A stretch of DNA of 64,000 bases from Oscillospiraceae bacterium (GTDB lineage Bacteria > Bacillota > Clostridia > Oscillospirales > Acutalibacteraceae): the NCBI GenBank assembly GCA_015065645.1, contig SVPW01000002.1:31776-95775 (forward strand), in the 5' to 3' direction. A program made the position numbers and the translations under genes. How positions within the stretch are numbered: the first letter of the stretch is position 1; every line of letters begins with the position of its first letter. Positions 59,111 through 64,000 of the stretch are shown piece after piece. The notes beneath the pieces were generated by a model. That model was not told where the DNA came from. It was given only the letters and a program-made list of their open reading frames with translations, and ran no database searches.

Positions 59111-61393
59111 ATGTTTAAAAATATAAATCAGTATTTAACGAAAATTAAACAGTGCAATCGAATGCAGCATAGATTTTTAAGCATTGCTCTGTGCCTTTCG
59201 TTAATAACCGTTCTTTGTGTTTTTTGGTATTTAAAGCAAACAGGTATCACCTTGGCGGGAGATGCTTTTTGCGGCATAAAAGAACATATTCATTCCGATG
59301 AATGTAAATCCGCTTGCGAATTGGAAGAACATATACATATTGAAAGCTGTTACAGTGATATTACTGCCGATTTGGAAACTGCAGATGATTGGGAGGCAAG
59401 CTTTGCAAATATAAACCGTGCAACCACAACTGCCGAAAATATTGTATTATTGGCTAAATCACAATTAGGCTGTAAAGAAAGTGAAATTAATTTTCAGGTA
59501 TCCGCAGATGGCATAAGACGAGGTATAACACGATACGGTCAATGGTACGGCAACCCTTACGGTGATTGGTCGGCAATGTTCGCTTCATTCTGTTTATACT
59601 ATGCAGGGGTTGAGGATGTTCCCAAAAATGCAGGCCCTCAATCTATGCTGCTTAAATGGGATGAACAAGGTATATATAAATCGGCTGACGAATATTCACC
59701 AAAAATCGGCAATCTGATTTTCTTGAACAAAAATTCAGAAACCGATTCCTGCAACAGCGTTGCAATAATTATCGGCAATGCAAACGATACAATCACAGTT
59801 ATTGAGGGCGATGTTGATAACGAGGTTAAAGAGGTAACCTATGCTATTAACAGCACCGAAATATTAGGATATGGCTTGGTGCCTGATGTATCTGAATATT
59901 CGGTATTGGTTGAACCTCCAAAAACTGCAGATTCCATAGCCACACAAACCACCTTTGAGCGTTCAATGCTCACAAGCTCAAATCGCTTCGTGCTTTACAC
60001 CGTTCAAAACGGTAATACATATGCTATTGACGGCACAGGTAAAGCCGTTCAGATTTTAGTGGATGAAAACGGAAAAATCCGCACCGATTATGAAAATCCC
60101 GATTTATTGCTTTGGACCTTTTCACGGTATAACAACAGTTCCACAGCCATACAAAATGTTGGAAGCGGAAGATATTTACATCCCTATTACAATTCAGCTA
60201 CCGATAACGGAATAACAACCCCCGGAAGATGGGGTACAACCGTTACAGCATCAGGAAACGGGGCTAAATTAAGTCATTCGGCTTACATTGCTTTAGATGC
60301 TCAGAACGAACAGTTTGTAATGACACGAACACAAAACCAAAACATCACATTCCTTATTGGAATGAGTAGTCCGTGTACAGTTTGGTTTGATGGTACAAAC
60401 GGTGGAATTATGAGTCTTGGCGGTGCTGATAACAGCAGTGTTTCGGCTTTTACCGATAGCGTTATAACATTACCAACAAACTGGAAATCCCCCGTAAAAT
60501 ATGATTACACATTAAAAGGCTGGTATGATATTACCAATCATAAGTATTACTCCCCCGGTGATAGAGTAACCGTTACGGGAAATATGGTATTTTATGCCGA
60601 TTGGAAAGCAACCACTTATGATATTGGTAAGTTTAACTCATATACAGATAGTACAATAAGCACCAATAAGTTTATAACAACCCGTATATTTGATTACGGT
60701 GCTTTACTAAATGTGTTATCTGAATCGGTTTCCGTTACGGCAGATGCTAACAGCCACAGTGAAACCTGGCGGTTAATTACATCGGGTAATAACCTTTATA
60801 ACGGCGAACCAACACTTAACTTTATTCTTCGAGATTGGGATAGAGGAAACGAAGATATTTCTTATCCAAGCGGTCATAACGACCGTAACAACCCCACAAG
60901 TGCCGGTTCGGTTTATCCGGGATTATATACCGATACCATACGGGATGTATTTTTCAATCCTGATGTTAAGCTTCCCGGAAAGGAATATCTTGGCGAAGGC
61001 GATCATCTGTTCCAGCTTTGTGAAGACCCCTCACACAGTTACTACGGATATTATTACTACAACTCCGAACTAAACGCTGCATCATATAATCAATCAGATC
61101 AAAGGTTCTATGTTTATGATTATCTTGAGGGTACACGAGATTCGGTAGATAACGGAGATGGCGGAAATTACTCAGACTTTCTCCCCTTAAACTCACCCTA
61201 TGCTAATTTAAACGGAAAAACTCCTCAAACCTATACCTATAACGGTATAGAAAATGAATATGTTGGAACCACCCATTATGTGTATGATAGCCGTTATAAC
61301 GATAATAACAACACCACAAACAATATATCAACAAACTATTGGTTTGGTACCCTAAAAGATTTTCAGGCACTGTATATGATAATTCGTTGGTAA
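59111..61393 (+). CDS. Large membrane-anchored surface protein (Cys/His-rich motif, CHAP-like domain, Listeria-Bacteroides repeat), apparently 3'-truncated
   Basis: TM helix; duplicated EHIHxxxC motif; CHAP-like region (GDWSAMFASFCLYYAG ... IGNLIFL ... NSVAIIIG); LKGWYDITNHKYY...FYADW repeat. The ORF ends abruptly with no sorting signal. Confidence 0.6.
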   Translation: MFKNINQYLTKIKQCNRMQHRFLSIALCLSLITVLCVFWYLKQTGITLAGDAFCGIKEHIHSDECKSACELEEHIHIESCYSDITADLETADDWEASFANINRATTTAENIVLLAKSQLGCKESEINFQVSADGIRRGITRYGQWYGNPYGDWSAMFASFCLYYAGVEDVPKNAGPQSMLLKWDEQGIYKSADEYSPKIGNLIFLNKNSETDSCNSVAIIIGNANDTITVIEGDVDNEVKEVTYAINSTEILGYGLVPDVSEYSVLVEPPKTADSIATQTTFERSMLTSSNRFVLYTVQNGNTYAIDGTGKAVQILVDENGKIRTDYENPDLLLWTFSRYNNSSTAIQNVGSGRYLHPYYNSATDNGITTPGRWGTTVTASGNGAKLSHSAYIALDAQNEQFVMTRTQNQNITFLIGMSSPCTVWFDGTNGGIMSLGGADNSSVSAFTDSVITLPTNWKSPVKYDYTLKGWYDITNHKYYSPGDRVTVTGNMVFYADWKATTYDIGKFNSYTDSTISTNKFITTRIFDYGALLNVLSESVSVTADANSHSETWRLITSGNNLYNGEPTLNFILRDWDRGNEDISYPSGHNDRNNPTSAGSVYPGLYTDTIRDVFFNPDVKLPGKEYLGEGDHLFQLCEDPSHSYYGYYYYNSELNAASYNQSDQRFYVYDYLEGTRDSVDNGDGGNYSDFLPLNSPYANLNGKTPQTYTYNGIENEYVGTTHYVYDSRYNDNNNTTNNISTNYWFGTLKDFQALYMIIRW

Positions 61394-61632
61394 TCGGAGG
61401 ATATTATTGCAAGGGACAGTTTGATTGTCTTACCCGATTGGATAATGGAAATATAATAACCGTAACAGATATGACCGGTGCACAGTTCAGCTATGAGATA
61501 AAGGATATAATACGAAAAAAAGATGTTGATTCTAAATTTTTAAACAATAATTCTTTTGATATTACTTTGTTTGTTTACAGCCCAAAATCATTTGATTATA
61601 TAATTGTAAGAGGCAGTAATGTGTTTAACTGA
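61339..61632 (+). pseudogene. Sortase-like C-terminal fragment lacking the catalytic His and Cys
   Basis: FSGTVYDNSLVIGGYY...ITVTDMTGAQFSYEI...DITLFVYSP...YIIVRG parallels the sortase pattern xVIxGH...Y.Y.I...LTLxTC...RxVVxA, with H to G and C to Y substitutions. TTG start only. It overlaps the upstream ORF by 55 nt. Confidence 0.3.
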
Positions 61633-61643
61633 GGTTTTTTTGA

Positions 61644-62252
61644 ATGAAAATTAATGCAAAAAATATGCAATGGACAAGAGCTCCAAAGCAGTATACAATC
61701 GAAGAAAATAAGGTTGAAATGATAACCGAACCATACACCGATTTATGGCAAAGAACATATTATCATTTCAGAAATGACAATGCACCTGTTTTACAGATGG
61801 AAACAGATGAAAAATTCTTTTCTTTTGTGGTTAAAACGGAATTTGATACAAAGGTTCGTTATGACCAAAGCGGAATTGTTATGTATCTTAACAGCGAAAA
61901 TTGGCTGAAAGCATCAATAGAATATGAAAACGATACCATTCAGCGCCTTGGAAGCGTTGTAACAAACAATGGGTATTCGGATTGGGCTTCTGTTGATGTT
62001 GATGCAAAAATCAAATCGGTATGGTTTCGTTTGAGCCGTAGAGAGGATGATTTTTGTATTGAAAACTCAACAGACGGTGTCATCTTTAAGCAAATGCGTA
62101 TTTGCCATTTGTTCAATGTAAAAGATACTGTTAAGTTTGGAATTTATGCTTGCAGCGCTGAAAATTCATCATTTAAAGCAATATTTTCCGATATGGAAAT
62201 CACCGAATGTAAATGGTATGCACATGATGGTCAGCAACCTGATGTAGATTAA
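61644..62252 (+). CDS. DUF1349-family (concanavalin-like) protein
   Basis: 202 aa with TDLWQRTYY, DQSGIVMY and WFRLSRREDDF, a typical DUF1349 pattern. Confidence 0.7.
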   Translation: MKINAKNMQWTRAPKQYTIEENKVEMITEPYTDLWQRTYYHFRNDNAPVLQMETDEKFFSFVVKTEFDTKVRYDQSGIVMYLNSENWLKASIEYENDTIQRLGSVVTNNGYSDWASVDVDAKIKSVWFRLSRREDDFCIENSTDGVIFKQMRICHLFNVKDTVKFGIYACSAENSSFKAIFSDMEITECKWYAHDGQQPDVD

Positions 62253-62280
62253 ATAAAAGATATATAGAGGTGTTTATGGT

Positions 62281-62901
62281 TTGAAAAACATCGAACGCAG
62301 AGACAAAGGATTAGCATATATAGCAGATGATGAAGTTTTTGCACAGATTAAAAAATGCCGTAAGCTTTTATATAAGCTTAACCATACCGATTTTGATAAT
62401 ACGCAAGAATTATCCGAAATTATAGGTTGCTTGCTTGGAAAATCCGAGAATGCGATTATCACTCCTCCCTTTCACTGTGATTATGGTTTTAATATTGAGG
62501 TTGGAAAAAATTTTTATGCAAATTATAACTGCACCATCCTTGATGTAGCAAAGGTTAAAATCGGTGATAATTGCCTGCTTGCACCTAATGTTGCAATTTA
62601 TACCGCAGGTCATCCCGTATATCCCACAACACGAAATTCCGGATACGAATACGGCAAAGAAATTGTTATCGGTGATAATGTTTGGATTGGCGGTAATTCG
62701 GTTATTTGTCCGGGTGTACATATTGGAAGTAATGTAGTTATCGGAGCAGGAAGTGTGGTAACAAAGGATATTCCGGATTGGTGCATTGCCGCAGGAAACC
62801 CGTGTAAGGTTATCAGACCGATTACAGAGGATGATAAACGAAAACTATACAAAAACGAAGAAATAGACCAAGAAGCTTGGGAAATTATAAATCAGGAATA
62901 A
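62281..62901 (+). CDS. maa: Maltose/galactoside O-acetyltransferase (hexapeptide repeat)
   Basis: TTG start. The Maa/LacA N-terminal domain is followed by left-handed beta-helix repeats (IGDNVWIGGNSVICPGVHIGSNVVIGAGSVV). Confidence 0.85.
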   Translation: MKNIERRDKGLAYIADDEVFAQIKKCRKLLYKLNHTDFDNTQELSEIIGCLLGKSENAIITPPFHCDYGFNIEVGKNFYANYNCTILDVAKVKIGDNCLLAPNVAIYTAGHPVYPTTRNSGYEYGKEIVIGDNVWIGGNSVICPGVHIGSNVVIGAGSVVTKDIPDWCIAAGNPCKVIRPITEDDKRKLYKNEEIDQEAWEIINQE

Positions 62902-62914
62902 CTTATACAACAGC

Positions 62915-62947
62915 AAAAAGCAGATGGGTAAACCATCTGCTTTTTTT
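62915..62947 (+). terminator. maa terminator
   Basis: aaaaagcagatgg / ccatctgcttttt hairpin followed by a T-run. Confidence 0.8.
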
Positions 62948-63398
62948 GATTGTAAGAACAATCATTCTCTATTGTCCGCTTTATTTCCCGCAGTTTTTAT
63001 CAAAATTCGGGTTACAGAAATAATAGTTTTTCGGGTTCAAATGATCACTTGCATGACGAAGCGCTTCACCGAAATTACCAATTCAAACAAAAGCCCATAA
63101 ACCCTTTATTTATATCCGTTCCGCCTGTAGATGCTCCTGATGCTAAGGCGATACCTATACCCAAACCATAAAGTGTTCCACCAAAAAATGCGGCGTGTTG
63201 AGCAAGACATGGTTTATGTATATTGGTTTCGCCCCATTTTTCATATTCTTCACTTGATAGATTTGGAGAGAAATAAACAATTATTGTAAACGCTACCCGG
63301 AACTATAAATTTATATTCCCGGCAGGTTCTCTGAACATCTTTTTATAATTCTTCAAAGCATAATCTAAAATTATATTTTCAGACACAACTCTGTTCCC

Positions 63399-64000
63399 TT
63401 ATCTGTTTTCCTCGATTTGTGAAATCAAATATTTACCAACCTCACACATAAACTTGGTAGCAGCAGGATAAAGTTCTACCGGTTTGCCTCTATAAAAGGC
63501 ATCTGCCTCAAAGGTTAAATCACCCTTATAATCTATATGAGCCAATGCTTTGCACATAGCAATAAAATCTATCTTCTCCATAAAAGGTAAGGTGTGCTTA
63601 TCGGATTTAAAATCTGTATCATGAACATGAAGTGCCTGTAAACGCTTGTTTCCCATGGTTTTAATAAATGTAGGAATGTCAGCATTCATAAGGGAAACAT
63701 GACCGATATCAAGGCAACCTACTATCCATTCACTATCGATAGCATCCAAGTATTTGTTAAATTCCCATGCTCTTGAGCAGGTACTATCGCTTGGAACTTT
63801 ATTGCCGTTATTACACTGCCACATATTTTCGCAAGCAACCTTAATTCCAAACTTTTCGCAATAAGGAATAAGGCTCTTATAAAACTCAACATTTATTTCG
63901 AACAATTCCTCGGGATGATCGGGATAAATTAAATGCTGTTTAGGATGAACAACAATGATTTTAGCACCTAAAATAGACGCTACTTCCATCGCTCTGACAA
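63399..64000 (-). CDS. Sugar phosphate isomerase/epimerase (xylose-isomerase-like TIM barrel), 5'-partial
   Basis: The frame stays open upstream of the listed Met to the window edge (..VRAMEVASILGAKIIVVHP). CENMW, DIGH and HVHD metal-ligand-type motifs are present. Confidence 0.75.
   Translation of the reverse strand, partial: VRAMEVASILGAKIIVVHPKQHLIYPDHPEELFEINVEFYKSLIPYCEKFGIKVACENMWQCNNGNKVPSDSTCSRAWEFNKYLDAIDSEWIVGCLDIGHVSLMNADIPTFIKTMGNKRLQALHVHDTDFKSDKHTLPFMEKIDFIAMCKALAHIDYKGDLTFEADAFYRGKPVELYPAATKFMCEVGKYLISQIEENR

Overview
Low-GC Firmicutes (Clostridia) chromosomal window. Dockerin-bearing proteins suggest a Ruminococcus-like Oscillospiraceae gut or rumen organism. All family calls come from motif recognition by eye; no searches were run. 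Left edge, minus strand: a phage head and packaging module with terS-like, terL, a small TM protein, a scaffold-like protein, an Ig-tagged major capsid, and a portal-like ORF that runs off the window. That last ORF is missing from the supplied ORF track. Next come mostly housekeeping genes: an LRR-dockerin surface protein, an APH-type kinase, adhE, DUF1294, FMN riboswitch-ribU, SAM-I riboswitch-metK, an AGE-family epimerase and an E. coli-type (GSI-beta-like) glnA. These are followed by a 2.3-kb orphan phage tail-fibre/XRE islet and a T-box-controlled aspS-gatA-gatB operon. In that operon GatC is fused to the C-terminus of AspRS, and the GatA-like protein lacks the amidase GGSSGG signature. 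From 24.1 to 57.9 kb lies a single-strand, ~33-kb, 17-gene glycan-utilisation supercluster. Its enzymes are CE7, GH2, a double MBL-fold protein, GH3 and two GH16 paralogs, one of them 5'-truncated. Its transport genes are two MalFG/LplBC-type permease pairs with no ATPase and three binding-protein-like proteins (476 aa, 957 aa with CBM-like modules, and a 752-aa lipoprotein). It also encodes an NHL-propeller/TPR/Yip1 membrane protein, a PBP-LuxR hybrid regulator, and two large surface proteins built from an unassigned ~170-aa module plus Listeria-Bacteroides repeats, one dockerin-anchored and one TM-anchored. Right end: signal peptidase I, a decayed adhesin/sortase-like locus, DUF1349, maa and a partial sugar-phosphate isomerase. 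The strongest candidates for undescribed biology are the AspRS-GatC fusion operon and the seven-gene coupled ABC/Yip1-propeller/lipoprotein cassette inside the glycan locus.
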